A stretch of 64,000 nucleotides of DNA, taken from positions 165,488 to 229,487 of the forward strand of contig CAVOQN010000006.1 in assembly GCA_963698375.1 (NCBI GenBank). Reading direction: 5' to 3'. This document shows positions 1-10,133 of this stretch, in pieces. This DNA comes from an uncultured Pseudomonadota bacterium (GTDB lineage: Bacteria > Pseudomonadota > Gammaproteobacteria > Acidiferrobacterales > UBA6901). Position numbers and translations under genes: made by a program. Under the pieces are notes generated by a model. That model was not told where the DNA came from. It ran no database searches and saw only the letters and a program-made list of their open reading frames with translations. Numbering within the stretch: position 1 is the first letter of the stretch; each line of letters begins with the position of its first letter.

Positions 1-163
1 TCATGGTCAGGCGTGCCGCTCAAGTGTGTTGGGATTCGCACCATCGTCCGGCGTCGTTTGCGTGATTCGCAGCGTGAAAAGAGACATCTTTTTTACATGC
101 AAGGCGACGCGTACTCCCTGAATAAGGTTCGGTGTCCGGCCGATTGCTTGGGGAGAATGTTTT

Positions 164-1183
164 TTAGACGGCATTTTCCACGCCGAGGTTATCGGTCAGG
201 AACCGGTCGTATTCTCCGGTGCTGACGATGTGCGTGCCATCGCAATTGAATTGCATTCGTATGGCATCGCGGGTGATGCTGATCCCCATGTTGCGCAGAT
301 AAAAGTTGGGAATGGTGCGCAGGATTTGCAGCTTCTTGACGACGTGTATGATTTCTTCCTTTGTCAGGGGTTGCCAGTTCTGGTAGCGGCGTTTGTAGGC
401 GTCCGTGTAATTTTCGGGAAGGCTCAGATTACTGAATTCCGAGGCGAGCGTGTCGTATAGCCGGCGGATCAGGCGGGTTTTTTCCTCATAGGCCAGTACC
501 GGAAAATGGCGGTCCAGATAACTGGTGTCGATCAGTTTGTTGGCGGGATGGATTTCATAATTGAGCGGATCGAAGATCGACGTCAGCCGGATTTCACCGC
601 TGTTGAAGTGCAGGGAAACTTCGCTTACGCAACGTTCGACCAGCAGGACTTGCAGACTGGGAACCAGCTCCGGCAGCACCTTGTCCATCGGGCTTTCACG
701 CCGCTCGCGGTCAAAGACCGATTCGCGCATGGACGGGTCGCCTTTGATGCTGACTTGCAGGTGGTTGCCCTTGATGCCGGTGGTGGCGAGCAGGTTCTCC
801 TTGAGTGTAAGCTCTTTGGTGCGCTGCGCGATAATTCGGTTAACTTTTTCGCTCACTGCGCAATCGGAGGCCATGAGCTTGAGGAAATGTTCCTTGTCCA
901 GGACAATCAGCGTCGTGTCGGTCGTGGCGGTGACCGAGGCCGTGCGCTTTCCCTGGCTGATGATGGCCATTTCACCGAAGATATTGCCACGACCGCGCTG
1001 CCCGATTTCCACCCGGTTGGTGAACTCGTGCAAAAAAATCGAAACCTCGCCGGACTCGATAAAGTAGGCAGAATCCGCCGGCTCGCCCTCGGAAAAAACC
1101 ACTTCACTCGGCTGATAATGGCGTACCGTGCCGCAGGCCCGAATGGTGTCGAAGTCCAACGCTTCAAACATAATCTCTTCCAT
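164..1183 (-). CDS. cyclic nucleotide-binding domain protein with uncharacterised ~220-aa C-terminal domain
   Basis: ORF 164..1234. N-terminal cNMP-binding signature (FGEMAIISQGKRTASVTA). ATG at 1183 lies 7 nt after GGAGG. Confidence 0.8.
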   Translation of the reverse strand: MEEIMFEALDFDTIRACGTVRHYQPSEVVFSEGEPADSAYFIESGEVSIFLHEFTNRVEIGQRGRGNIFGEMAIISQGKRTASVTATTDTTLIVLDKEHFLKLMASDCAVSEKVNRIIAQRTKELTLKENLLATTGIKGNHLQVSIKGDPSMRESVFDRERRESPMDKVLPELVPSLQVLLVERCVSEVSLHFNSGEIRLTSIFDPLNYEIHPANKLIDTSYLDRHFPVLAYEEKTRLIRRLYDTLASEFSNLSLPENYTDAYKRRYQNWQPLTKEEIIHVVKKLQILRTIPNFYLRNMGISITRDAIRMQFNCDGTHIVSTGEYDRFLTDNLGVENAV

Positions 1184-1335
1184 TGCTCGCCTCCTCTGTG
1201 CACGATGGGGCAATCTATCGGGATATCCAAGCACGAATTCTGGCTAGCATACAACAATGTCCCGCCAGTTCCCTTCTGTTATCGTGGTCGCGCAGGACCA
1301 GATCGGGGAACGGCAGTCCCGGACATTGGCATGGA

Positions 1336-3606
1336 ATGAGCCGGTTTCGGGCGTACGATTGGCCTCAATCACTAGGATATATAAGGAAGGCGTTTATTCA
1401 TTCTGAACCAGAAGGCGTGACACATCGCGGGCGGGTTTGGGGCGCGCTTTCCGGCGGGGCGGCCGTAGCCGCGGCTTCCCTGCCACCCGTGATCGCCCTT
1501 GGAGTTCTCGCTGCCACACCGCTGGGTTCCTCGATGCTCGTGTCCGGTATGGTGGCTGCTTTTGTCGCGGCAATATTCGGCCGCGCCTGCGCCGCGTTTA
1601 TCTCACGCACGCCGGGAGAAGTCTCCACACCGGATATCGCACTCACGATCGTCTATGCATCACTCTGTGCCGACCTCATTCTCCGAAGCAACTCCCAGCT
1701 GGCAGTGGGTGAAGTAATCGCTGCATTGTCGCTCGCGGTCGTGCTGATGGGTGTGCTGCAGATCCTGGCCGGCTGGGCGCGGTTGGGCAAGATGCTCAAT
1801 TTTCTGCCTTATCCGGTTACCGCCGGTATCGTCACCGGCACGGGGCTGCTTCTGGTGTGGGTACAGCTTGGCCCGTTGATCGGGCTTGAGGGTCGTCTCA
1901 CAAATTACGACTGGGCAAGTCTTGTCCGGGGTTTTAATGCACTGGCGTTGCTGATCGGCGTTGCCTCCGCGCTGGCGGTGTGGTTTTCCCCGAAGCGGAT
2001 CCAGCCGCTGCTCGCCGGCCTCGTTGTCGGCACTGTCCTCTATCATGTTGTGGTCTCCTTTTCCGGAGCCGGCACCGCAGGACCAACGCTCGATGCGATG
2101 TCCGCGTTCAGCGTTGCCCACGAGCGGGTAGCAGGATTCTGGGGTCGGGTGGATTCGGCGTGGCTGCTGGAGACGAGCATTCGAGTCCTGCCGTATGCGG
2201 CCCTGCTTGCTCTCGAAGGCACGCTGGAACTCGCACACACTTCACATGCCGTCAGCGAAATATCCGGTGTGCGGACCGATATTCACAGGGGATTGATTGC
2301 CCAGGGCGTCGCGAATATTTTGTCCGGTGTGTTGGCCGGTCTGCCCGTGGCGCCGAACCATTCGCAATCGGCGACGGCGGCACGCATGGGCGAAGCAAGC
2401 GCATTTGTTCCAGGCGTGAGTGCCGCGGTCATCTTTCTGGCTGCGGTGGCGTTCGGAGGATTTCTCGCCTTTGTACCCGTTGCGGCGCTCGCCGGTGTGC
2501 TCGTGGCCGTTGGGCTGGGGCTGATCGACCACTGGACACGTGGCCTTGTCCACCAGGCGGCGCGCAATCAAGACGCACACGTCGAGATCAAATGGAATCT
2601 TGTCGGCGTTGCCGCGGTGGCGGGCGCGTTCTTTTTCAGCGGCGTGCCGTTGGCGCTGCTGGTAGGCACGGTGCTGGCCATGGTTCTGCTGGCTCGCAGT
2701 CTGTCCGCCGCAACCAGCTTTTCTCCCGAGCATGGCGTACATTTCACATCTACCCGCTTGTGGCCGACGGAACAGGCGTTGTGGCTCAAGTCGAAACGCC
2801 ATGTCATCCGTGTGTTACGGCCTCGCGGTGGTTTGTTTTTCGGCACCGCCGAACAGCTTGCCGAACAGCTTGCCGAGATCGAAGCGCCCATACGCTATTG
2901 CATCATCGACTGCTCGCAACTGACCGTAATGGATGCGACCGGCTGCCACATCATCGCCACCAGCGCGAGAAAACTCGCCGAACGGGGCGTGATTACCCTG
3001 CTCGCGGGGCTTGATACGGAAAATCCGCGCGACAAGGGACTGGTAACGCTTGGTCTCGACTCTCCATCGCCACAGAAGTACTGGTTCCGCGACCTGGATC
3101 ACGCGCTGGAATGGGCGGAAGCGGAACTCCTGCGTGAGCGCTGGCCAGAGGCCGCAGCCGACGATCCAATCGGGCTCGGTGACACGCTGCTGGCAAAGGG
3201 AATGTCCCATGCGGAGATGACGGCATTGCAGCCGCACCTCGGGGTGACCGATCTCGAGGCGGGGACGCTGTTGTTCGAGCGCGGAGCGGAGGGCGATTCC
3301 CTGTACGTCATCAGCCAGGGCCTGATCGAGATTTGTGTATCCACAAATACCCGGGATGGTCAGAACCGGCGCCTGGCCGTGATCGGCCCGGGTTGTATAT
3401 TCGGCGAGATCACCATGCTGACAAATGGACCGCGCACAGCGGATGCGGTGTGCGTGAAACCCGCGCGGCTTTACGTGTTGCGGCGCGAAGGACTGCTCGA
3501 AATCGAAAGGCTGTTTCCAGGAATCCACGCAAAGATCATCGTCAATCTAAATCAGCACCTTGTGACACGGCTGACGGCGACGACCGAGATCGCGCGTGAA
3601 CGCTAG
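1336..3606 (+). CDS. SulP-family anion permease fused to STAS and C-terminal cyclic nucleotide-binding domains
   Basis: ORF 1183..3606. Multi-TM SulP core, STAS-like segment (VIRVLRPRGGLFFGTAEQL) and C-terminal cNMP motif (FGEITMLTNGPRTADAV). Start set at the MSRFRAY ATG. Confidence 0.85.
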   Translation: MSRFRAYDWPQSLGYIRKAFIHSEPEGVTHRGRVWGALSGGAAVAAASLPPVIALGVLAATPLGSSMLVSGMVAAFVAAIFGRACAAFISRTPGEVSTPDIALTIVYASLCADLILRSNSQLAVGEVIAALSLAVVLMGVLQILAGWARLGKMLNFLPYPVTAGIVTGTGLLLVWVQLGPLIGLEGRLTNYDWASLVRGFNALALLIGVASALAVWFSPKRIQPLLAGLVVGTVLYHVVVSFSGAGTAGPTLDAMSAFSVAHERVAGFWGRVDSAWLLETSIRVLPYAALLALEGTLELAHTSHAVSEISGVRTDIHRGLIAQGVANILSGVLAGLPVAPNHSQSATAARMGEASAFVPGVSAAVIFLAAVAFGGFLAFVPVAALAGVLVAVGLGLIDHWTRGLVHQAARNQDAHVEIKWNLVGVAAVAGAFFFSGVPLALLVGTVLAMVLLARSLSAATSFSPEHGVHFTSTRLWPTEQALWLKSKRHVIRVLRPRGGLFFGTAEQLAEQLAEIEAPIRYCIIDCSQLTVMDATGCHIIATSARKLAERGVITLLAGLDTENPRDKGLVTLGLDSPSPQKYWFRDLDHALEWAEAELLRERWPEAAADDPIGLGDTLLAKGMSHAEMTALQPHLGVTDLEAGTLLFERGAEGDSLYVISQGLIEICVSTNTRDGQNRRLAVIGPGCIFGEITMLTNGPRTADAVCVKPARLYVLRREGLLEIERLFPGIHAKIIVNLNQHLVTRLTATTEIARER

Positions 3607-3634
3607 TCGCGCGATCTCGGCTTGCTCCGCTTGA

Positions 3635-3873
3635 ATCTCGATCTTTGCAGAAAGTGCGCTTGCTTTTGATGCCTCGGGCATCTCTTGCCCCTGCCAGTAT
3701 TGAAAACCAGGGGATCGTTGTAAGACATGGACTCCGGGCAGATTCTGCGCGTGATATCCACCGACCCCGGTTCGGTGTGCGACATGGCTGCGTTTGCTGC
3801 ACAAACCGGCAACCAACGGTTGGAGCAAGGCAGCGAAAACAGCAAGTTTGTTTTCCATCCGATAAAAGCCTGA
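3635..3873 (+). pseudogene. TusA/SirA-like sulfurtransferase remnant (no start codon, one frameshift, one in-frame TAA)
   Basis: My own translation gives FDASGISCP in one frame and PLPVLKTRGSL*DMDSGQILRVISTDPGSVCDMAAFAAQTGNQ..FHPIKA* in another. Frame break at C-run 3688-3691, TAA at 3721-3723. Confidence 0.6.
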
Positions 3874-4042
3874 ACGCCAGTCACAGCCAACAATCCGATT
3901 CGTGGCGAGTTTCTCGCTAAAGGCATCCGCGGCAGTTCGGCAGCAAGCGGCGGTTAATACCATAGTGTATCTGTCGGGTATAGTGTCGTGATTCAACTGT
4001 CATTTATCGAATGCGCCGTTAGGGCAGCATAATCTCGCCCAT

Positions 4043-4117
4043 GTTTGGTGCGCGCCGCAGGCGTTCGGTGTAAGTTTGGTGCACGTTGTTGGCATTCGGT
4101 GAAAGTTTGAATGTGAC
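4043..4117. repeat. 31-nt tandem direct repeat, about 2.4 copies
   Basis: GTTTGGTGCGCGCCGCAGGCGTTCGGTGTAA / GTTTGGTGCACGTTGTTGGCATTCGGTGAAA / GTTTGAATGTGAC. It lies ~230 nt upstream of the FecR/TPR gene. Confidence 0.6.
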
Positions 4118-4347
4118 AAAGTAATTATATTCTTCACCAGCTAGAGTATCCCGCAGTTTTTTCAGTACAATGAATCGCGTCGTGTAGTTCTCGAACAGTC
4201 AAATCAGAACCAGTGTGTGAATCACTCGTTCTGTTGTGAATCCAAGAACAACAAAGCTGTAACAAGCCTGACTGCGTTTGAAGTGCCAGGAGCTGTCTGC
4301 CATGGATCCAAGGCAACAATAAAAAAATCGCGTTGGAGGTTATGGGG

Positions 4348-7300
4348 ATGGCAAGGAATTCTTCTGGCACGCATGCGTGCCACGAAAGTCTTGTGCGCTT
4401 GACGTTCGTCACAGCTGTCTTCGCATTTCTTTTCATTCCGAATTCGTATGCTGCCGCGCCTTGCGATCCTGCCGCCGGACAGATTGCGAGTGTGGAAGGC
4501 AAGATTGAAATCCAACGTGGCGTCGACGCACGTTGGGAGACGGTCAAGTTGAAAGACACCCTGTGCGAGGGTGATTCATTGCGGGCCGCCGAACGCAGCC
4601 GCGCGACGATTGCACTGGCGAATCAGGCAGTCTTCCGCATCGATCAAAACAGCACCATTCGCCTGACCAATATCAGCAGCAAGCCCGAGGAGCGCTCGTT
4701 CCTGAACCTTCTGAAGGGAGCGGTTCAGTCGTTCAGCCGCAAGCCGCGTCAGTTCGAAGTCAGCACCCCCTACCTGAACGGTTCTATCGAGGGCACCGAG
4801 TTCGTCATTCGCGTGACCGAGAATCAGACCATTCTTACGGTTTTAGAAGGCACGGTGCGGGCGGCCAATGAACAGGGGAGCGTAACGGTTCCTTCCGGAC
4901 AGGCGGTCGCCGCCGAGGCCGGCAAGGCACCACAATCGCTTACCGTAGTGCGCCCGCGCGACGCCGCCCAGTGGACGCTTTACTATCCGCCGGTATTGGA
5001 TCTGACGGATAGCGCCGCTGCACCAGCCTCCTTGCGCGATGCCCAGGAGCACGCGGCCCGCGGTGACTACCCCGCGGCGTTTACCGCGCTGGATGCCGTG
5101 AAGCAGGGTGAGCGTGACGCCCGCTATTCTCTTCTTCGCGCTTCGCTATTACTGTCTGTTGGCCGGATAGACGAGGGGCGTAAGGAGATCGACCGCGCCC
5201 TGGCGCTGGATGCCAATTCCGGTGTGAGCCATGCCCTCAATGCAGTCATTGCCGTAGTATTGAACGAGCGCGACCTGGCCTTGGCGGAAGGCCGCAAGGC
5301 AGTCGAATTGGCGCCGGATTCTGCCGCGGCATACATCGCCTTGTCTTACGCACATCAGGCACGTTTTGACTTGCCTGCGGCCCGCGAAACACTGCTGACG
5401 GCTGTGAAGCGTCAGCCGAAGGATGCCCTGGCCTGGGCACGTCTGGCCGAATTGCAGCTGATGCTCGGCGAACGCAACGAAGCCATTGCCGCAGCCGAGA
5501 AGTCTTCGGCCCTGGCACCTGGCCTGGGACGGGCGCACACAATCCTTGGTTTTGCAGCCCTTTCGGGCTTCCGTGTCGCGGCGGCAACCAAGTCTTTTGA
5601 AAAGGCGATCGCCGCCGATAACGCCGACCCCATGCCGCATCTGGGTCTCGGTCTGGCGCGCATCAATCGCGGTCAACTGGAAGCAGGTCGACGCGAGATT
5701 GAGCTGGCAGTTGGTCTGGATTCGAATAACGCCTTGCTGCGCGCCTATTTGGGCAAAGCCTATTTCGAGGAACGCCGCACGGACATCGACGCCCAGCAGT
5801 TCCAGGTCGCCAAGGAACTCGATCCGCGTGATCCCACGCCATACCTTTACGACGGTATCCGGCTGCAAACCGAGAACCGCCCGGTCGAGGCCGTACAGGC
5901 GTTGGAAGACTCGTCTGACCGCAACGATGATCGTGCCGCTTATCGCGGGCGACTGCTGCTGGACCAGGACCGTGCCGCGCGCGGCACCAGTGTGGCGCGC
6001 GCCTACAGCGACCTCGGTTTCTCGTCGGTGGCTGCCAACGAAGCCACGAATTCCCTGGCGGCGGATCCGAGCAATGCCTCGGCCCATCGCTTCCTGGCCG
6101 ATTCACTGCGTGATGATCCGCGCCGCGAGGTCGCGCGGGTGAGCGAGGAACTGCAGTCGCAATTGTTGCAGGATATTTCGATCTATCCGGTGCAGCCGAG
6201 TGCCGGTGAAACCGGCCTGAACGTGGTGACCGCCGGTGGCCCGGCGAACGCCGGCTTCAATGAATTCACGCCGCTGTTCCAGCGTGATCAGGTGCAGGCG
6301 ACGGTCAGCGCATTCATGGGCGGCCAAAATACCTCCGGTTACGAAGTGGCGGCGTCGGGTCTTTATAAACGCTTTTCCGTGAGTGTCGGCGCCTACGAAT
6401 ACACGAGCGACGGTTTCCGCCCGAACAACGACAACAAGCACTCCGTCAATAACTTCTTTGCCCAGGCCGAGGTGGCCGACGGGTTTAACGTGCAGGTCGA
6501 GCACCGCCATCGCTATTCCGAGAACGGCGATCTCGTCATGCAATTTGACCCGACGACGTTCTATCCGGACGCTCGTCAGAAGCGGGAAATCGAAAGCGAT
6601 CGCATTGGTGCCCGCCTGAACATCGGTCCGCGCTCGACGCTGTTGCTCTCTTCCATATTCTCGGATCGTTCGGAGGATGGCGGACTCACGCTGGTAAATA
6701 TCCCCAACGTTTTCGTCTTCCGCAGGGATTTTACGGTTCGAGAGGACAGCAATCAGCACGAACTGCAGTACCTGTATCGCGGCGATCAGTTCAAGCTTCA
6801 GGCTGGCGCCTCGCGCTCGAGTTCCGATGTGGATACCCTGGATCTGGCATCGTCGACGGTGTGGGTGCCCCTGCCGTCACCGCCGTTCCCCCCGGGCTCG
6901 ACAACGCCGGTCACGAGTGTGATCCCGACCCAGGCGAACAACGAACTGATCGACACGCGCGGCTATCTCTACGGCTACACCCGGTTCCCGTCGGTCGTGC
7001 AATGGACGGTGGGAGCCGGGTATGACAAGCATGAAGAAGATGCCTACAACTACGACGACGCGCAAATCAGCCCCAAGCTGGGCGCCAAGTGGGACATCAC
7101 CAAAGCGGTGGCCTTGCGCGCGGCCTACATCAAGTCCGTCAAGCCGGGCCTGTCGGCCAACCGCACGCTGGAACCGACCCAGGTGGCCGGGTTCAACCAG
7201 ATTTTCGATGACGCGAACGGCACCAAGGCAACACGGTATGGCGCCGGCCTGGATTGGCGCGCGGCGCGCAACGTGTTCACAGGTCTCGAGGCCACCTGGC

Positions 7301-7812
7301 GCGACATCGAGCACCCGAATATCGTCAGCAGCACCATCCAGTTCGAGGACTGGAACGAACAGTTGCATCGCCTGTACGCCTACTGGGTGCCCACCGCACG
7401 CTGGAGTCTGGGTGTCGAGGGAGCCTATGACATGTTCGAAAGTAACTCCCTGGACATCAGCCGGCCGCGCAATGTCACCACGTTCACGGCGCCTGTGCGT
7501 TTGCAATATTTCCACCCGAGTGGCTGGTTCGCCTCTCTGGTGACGACGTACGTCGATCAGACGGTCGAAAACAACAATCTTGCACCGCCGCCCGCAACGA
7601 TTCAGCTGGACAGCAAGTTCACCGTGACCGACTTTGCACTGGGTTACCGGTTACCGAAGCGGGCGGGCATCGCCAGCATCACAGTGCAGAACCTGTTCGA
7701 CCGGTCGTTCGACTATCAGGACAACAGCTATCGTGCCTTTCAGGATGTGAGTATCACGACGCCGTATCAGCCGGAACGTGTGGTGATGGGTCGCGTGACA
7801 CTAAGTTTCTAG
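4348..7812 (+). CDS. secreted FecR-domain / TPR-repeat / C-terminal beta-barrel outer-membrane protein
   Basis: ORF 4333..7812. Signal peptide ...FIPNSYA/AAP, FecR-like N-domain, ~350 aa of TPR-like repeats, ~550 aa beta-rich C-terminus ending ...VMGRVTLSF (aromatic terminus). GGAGG lies 7 nt before ATG 4348. Confidence 0.8.
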   Translation: MARNSSGTHACHESLVRLTFVTAVFAFLFIPNSYAAAPCDPAAGQIASVEGKIEIQRGVDARWETVKLKDTLCEGDSLRAAERSRATIALANQAVFRIDQNSTIRLTNISSKPEERSFLNLLKGAVQSFSRKPRQFEVSTPYLNGSIEGTEFVIRVTENQTILTVLEGTVRAANEQGSVTVPSGQAVAAEAGKAPQSLTVVRPRDAAQWTLYYPPVLDLTDSAAAPASLRDAQEHAARGDYPAAFTALDAVKQGERDARYSLLRASLLLSVGRIDEGRKEIDRALALDANSGVSHALNAVIAVVLNERDLALAEGRKAVELAPDSAAAYIALSYAHQARFDLPAARETLLTAVKRQPKDALAWARLAELQLMLGERNEAIAAAEKSSALAPGLGRAHTILGFAALSGFRVAAATKSFEKAIAADNADPMPHLGLGLARINRGQLEAGRREIELAVGLDSNNALLRAYLGKAYFEERRTDIDAQQFQVAKELDPRDPTPYLYDGIRLQTENRPVEAVQALEDSSDRNDDRAAYRGRLLLDQDRAARGTSVARAYSDLGFSSVAANEATNSLAADPSNASAHRFLADSLRDDPRREVARVSEELQSQLLQDISIYPVQPSAGETGLNVVTAGGPANAGFNEFTPLFQRDQVQATVSAFMGGQNTSGYEVAASGLYKRFSVSVGAYEYTSDGFRPNNDNKHSVNNFFAQAEVADGFNVQVEHRHRYSENGDLVMQFDPTTFYPDARQKREIESDRIGARLNIGPRSTLLLSSIFSDRSEDGGLTLVNIPNVFVFRRDFTVREDSNQHELQYLYRGDQFKLQAGASRSSSDVDTLDLASSTVWVPLPSPPFPPGSTTPVTSVIPTQANNELIDTRGYLYGYTRFPSVVQWTVGAGYDKHEEDAYNYDDAQISPKLGAKWDITKAVALRAAYIKSVKPGLSANRTLEPTQVAGFNQIFDDANGTKATRYGAGLDWRAARNVFTGLEATWRDIEHPNIVSSTIQFEDWNEQLHRLYAYWVPTARWSLGVEGAYDMFESNSLDISRPRNVTTFTAPVRLQYFHPSGWFASLVTTYVDQTVENNNLAPPPATIQLDSKFTVTDFALGYRLPKRAGIASITVQNLFDRSFDYQDNSYRAFQDVSITTPYQPERVVMGRVTLSF

Positions 7813-7896
7813 TAATGTAATACAGAAATTGGAGCGTCTTGTTTATTGTGCCAAGGAAACAGGGCCAAACCTCATAACTCAAGCAGGAGAACAGCA

Positions 7897-8724
7897 ATGA
7901 TCAACAAGTCAGGTGTGAAGTGGTTACTAAAGTTGGCTCTGGCCTCTCTGGCGATTGGAGCTTCGAGCAACATCTGGGCAGCCTGTACACAGGCCGCGCC
8001 CGGTGCAAAGACAGTTCTAAATCTCAAAGGCGTTGTGGCATGCGATGCCGTCGCCGGACGAGTTGGCTGTGACATCGCCAATGGTAGTGGCAGTTGTACT
8101 GCGTACTCAGGTAGCACCCCGATGTTCACCGCCAATAGCTCGATTAATTCAGACGGAAGCATCAGCTGGAACATCACTTCTGGTTCCCAATACAATGTCG
8201 ACGAGGTTTTTGTGCAGGGCACCACCGGAGGCGAGACGTGCGAGTACGCGTACGCGGACGAAGCCACAGCGGGACAGTTGCTCGGCTTCTATAAGGATAA
8301 CCAAACTTACCAAACCGTGAAAAATGTCAGCTTCTGCACCGATGGCAAAAATCAGGTAAAGCAGGTGGCTAAGCCGCTGCCGGGTTGCCCGGCTGACGTG
8401 CAGGCGGCCCTGAATGATGGCACCATTCCGGGTGACTACGCCATCGTCGGTACCATCACCGACGGTGACTCGGCGACCCTGTGTCTCAAGAGTGGTGTCA
8501 CGGTCGAGCCGTGCATCAACGAGGAAGGCAAGGGTCTCGGAACCACACCCGCCGGTAAAGTACCGCGCTGCTCGGAAGGTCCGAACGCGGCTGGCTCACC
8601 GTCCTTCAAGCGCAACCTGACCTTCTCGATGAACAAGACTGGCGAAAACAGCCAGCTGTTCGTCTGCCTGCCCCCGACCTATACCTTCGGCGGTGGTCAG
8701 TCCTGCGGTTGGGTATACTATTGA
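7897..8724 (+). CDS. secreted cysteine-rich protein of unknown function
   Basis: ORF 7846..8724. AGGAGA RBS before ATG 7897, signal peptide ending SNIWA/AC, many Cys residues, followed by a terminator. Confidence 0.7.
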   Translation: MINKSGVKWLLKLALASLAIGASSNIWAACTQAAPGAKTVLNLKGVVACDAVAGRVGCDIANGSGSCTAYSGSTPMFTANSSINSDGSISWNITSGSQYNVDEVFVQGTTGGETCEYAYADEATAGQLLGFYKDNQTYQTVKNVSFCTDGKNQVKQVAKPLPGCPADVQAALNDGTIPGDYAIVGTITDGDSATLCLKSGVTVEPCINEEGKGLGTTPAGKVPRCSEGPNAAGSPSFKRNLTFSMNKTGENSQLFVCLPPTYTFGGGQSCGWVYY

Positions 8725-8750
8725 TTGCGTGACGCACTCGCGTGAGATCA

Positions 8751-8777
8751 ATGCCCCCGAAAGGGGGCATTTTTTTG
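8751..8777 (+). terminator. rho-independent terminator
   Basis: ATGCCCCC-GAAA-GGGGGCAT stem-loop followed by T7. Confidence 0.8.
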
Positions 8778-8898
8778 TTTCTAGTTTTTGTTAAGGCTGG
8801 CCAGCCCGCGTTTTGACACCCTTCCCTGAACCAGCACTTATTCTCACGGTTCAATCACAATTCTTTTGTTCCGGTGTGTATGCAGGTATGTTGCAGCC

Positions 8899-10068
8899 AT
8901 GCCCGTAAACATTGCGATTGCCGTGATTGTTGTCGCCGAATTGTTCGGCACCTCACTGTGGTTCAGTGCCAATGCCGTGGCCGATGCGCTGCAACGCCAG
9001 TGGGGCATCTCCGTTCTGGATCTCGGCCACCTCACGAGTGCGGTGCAGTTCGGGTTCATCAGCGGTACCTTTGTCTTCGCTTTCTCGGGCGTGGCCGACC
9101 GGTTTTCCGCGAGCCGCATTTTTGCGCTGTGCGCAGTACTGGGCGCGGCAACCAATGCGGCATTTGCCTGGTCGAGCGGCGGGCTCGCCAGTGCGCTGCT
9201 GTATCGCTTTCTCACCGGTCTTGCACTCGCCGGCATTTATCCAATTGGCATGAAGCTGGTGGTGAGCTGGGCGCCACAAAAGGCCGGCAATGTATTGGGT
9301 TGGCTGGTCGGCATGCTGGTGTTCGGCAGCGGCCTGCCGCATTTCGTGCGCGGTCTGGATGTGACGCCAAACTGGCAAGGTGTGATCTACACCGCCTCGG
9401 CTCTCGCGCTGCTCGCGGCGTTGATGGTGGGCTGGCTCGGCGACGGGCCGCATCACGGCACCGCCCGGCGGCTGCAATGGGGTGCCGTGCTGCAGACGTA
9501 CCGCATTCCGGATTTCCGCGCGGCCGCGTTCGGTTACTTCGGCCACATGTGGGAGCTGTATGCGTTCTATGCGCTGGTGCCGCTGCTGATCGCGCAACGC
9601 ATCGGGAGCGTTGCATCGAACGAAGTGTATCTCGCGGCAGCGGGCGTGTTTGCCGCGGGTGGCATCGGTTGCATTGCCGGTGGCCTGATTAGTCATCGTT
9701 GGGGCAGCGCGCGGGTGGCGATCGTGGCGCTAGCGGGTTCAGCCACCTGTTGCCTGTTGTATCCGCTCGCGCAGGACCTGTCGTCGCCGATGCTGCTTGC
9801 CTTGTTGCTGGCGTGGGGATTTTTTGTCGTAACCGACTCGCCGCAATTTTCAGCACTCGCCGCCGGCGCCTGCCCGCCGGAGCGGGTAGGGAGTGCACTG
9901 GCGCTGATGAACAGTGTTGGATTTGCTATCACCATCGTGGCTATCGAACTTGCCACCAGCCAGTGGGAAGGCATGCGAACCCATATCGCCTGGTTGCTGT
10001 TGCCGGGCCCGCTGCTGGGCCTCATTGCCATGCGCCGGTTGTGGCACCATAACGAAACAGCCTTCTAA
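8899..10068 (+). CDS. MFS transporter
   Basis: ORF 8866..10068. About 12 hydrophobic segments with MFS-like loops. Start set at MPVNIAIAV. Confidence 0.85.
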   Translation: MPVNIAIAVIVVAELFGTSLWFSANAVADALQRQWGISVLDLGHLTSAVQFGFISGTFVFAFSGVADRFSASRIFALCAVLGAATNAAFAWSSGGLASALLYRFLTGLALAGIYPIGMKLVVSWAPQKAGNVLGWLVGMLVFGSGLPHFVRGLDVTPNWQGVIYTASALALLAALMVGWLGDGPHHGTARRLQWGAVLQTYRIPDFRAAAFGYFGHMWELYAFYALVPLLIAQRIGSVASNEVYLAAAGVFAAGGIGCIAGGLISHRWGSARVAIVALAGSATCCLLYPLAQDLSSPMLLALLLAWGFFVVTDSPQFSALAAGACPPERVGSALALMNSVGFAITIVAIELATSQWEGMRTHIAWLLLPGPLLGLIAMRRLWHHNETAF

Positions 10069-10069
10069 A

Positions 10070-10112
10070 ATTCGGCCAGCCCGGCGAGGTGTGGTTGCCG
10101 GAGTCGAGGGGC
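10070..10112 (+). repeat. relic of the 3' end of a Vgb-like beta-propeller gene (left flank of the PhoX-like gene)
   Basis: About 36 nt nearly identical to 40966-41010 (GGCCAGCCCGGCGAGGTGTGGTTGCCGGAGTCGAGGGG; encodes ..GQPGEVWLPES..). Confidence 0.6.
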
Positions 10113-10133
10113 TGGAAGCGGTAATGGAGACAA

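Noticed and set aside
3721-3723. The in-frame TAA in the TusA-like sequence as programmed recoding.
   Set aside because: TAA is not a selenocysteine or pyrrolysine codon. The gene also lacks a start codon and has a frameshift in its active-site motif, so decay is the simpler reading.
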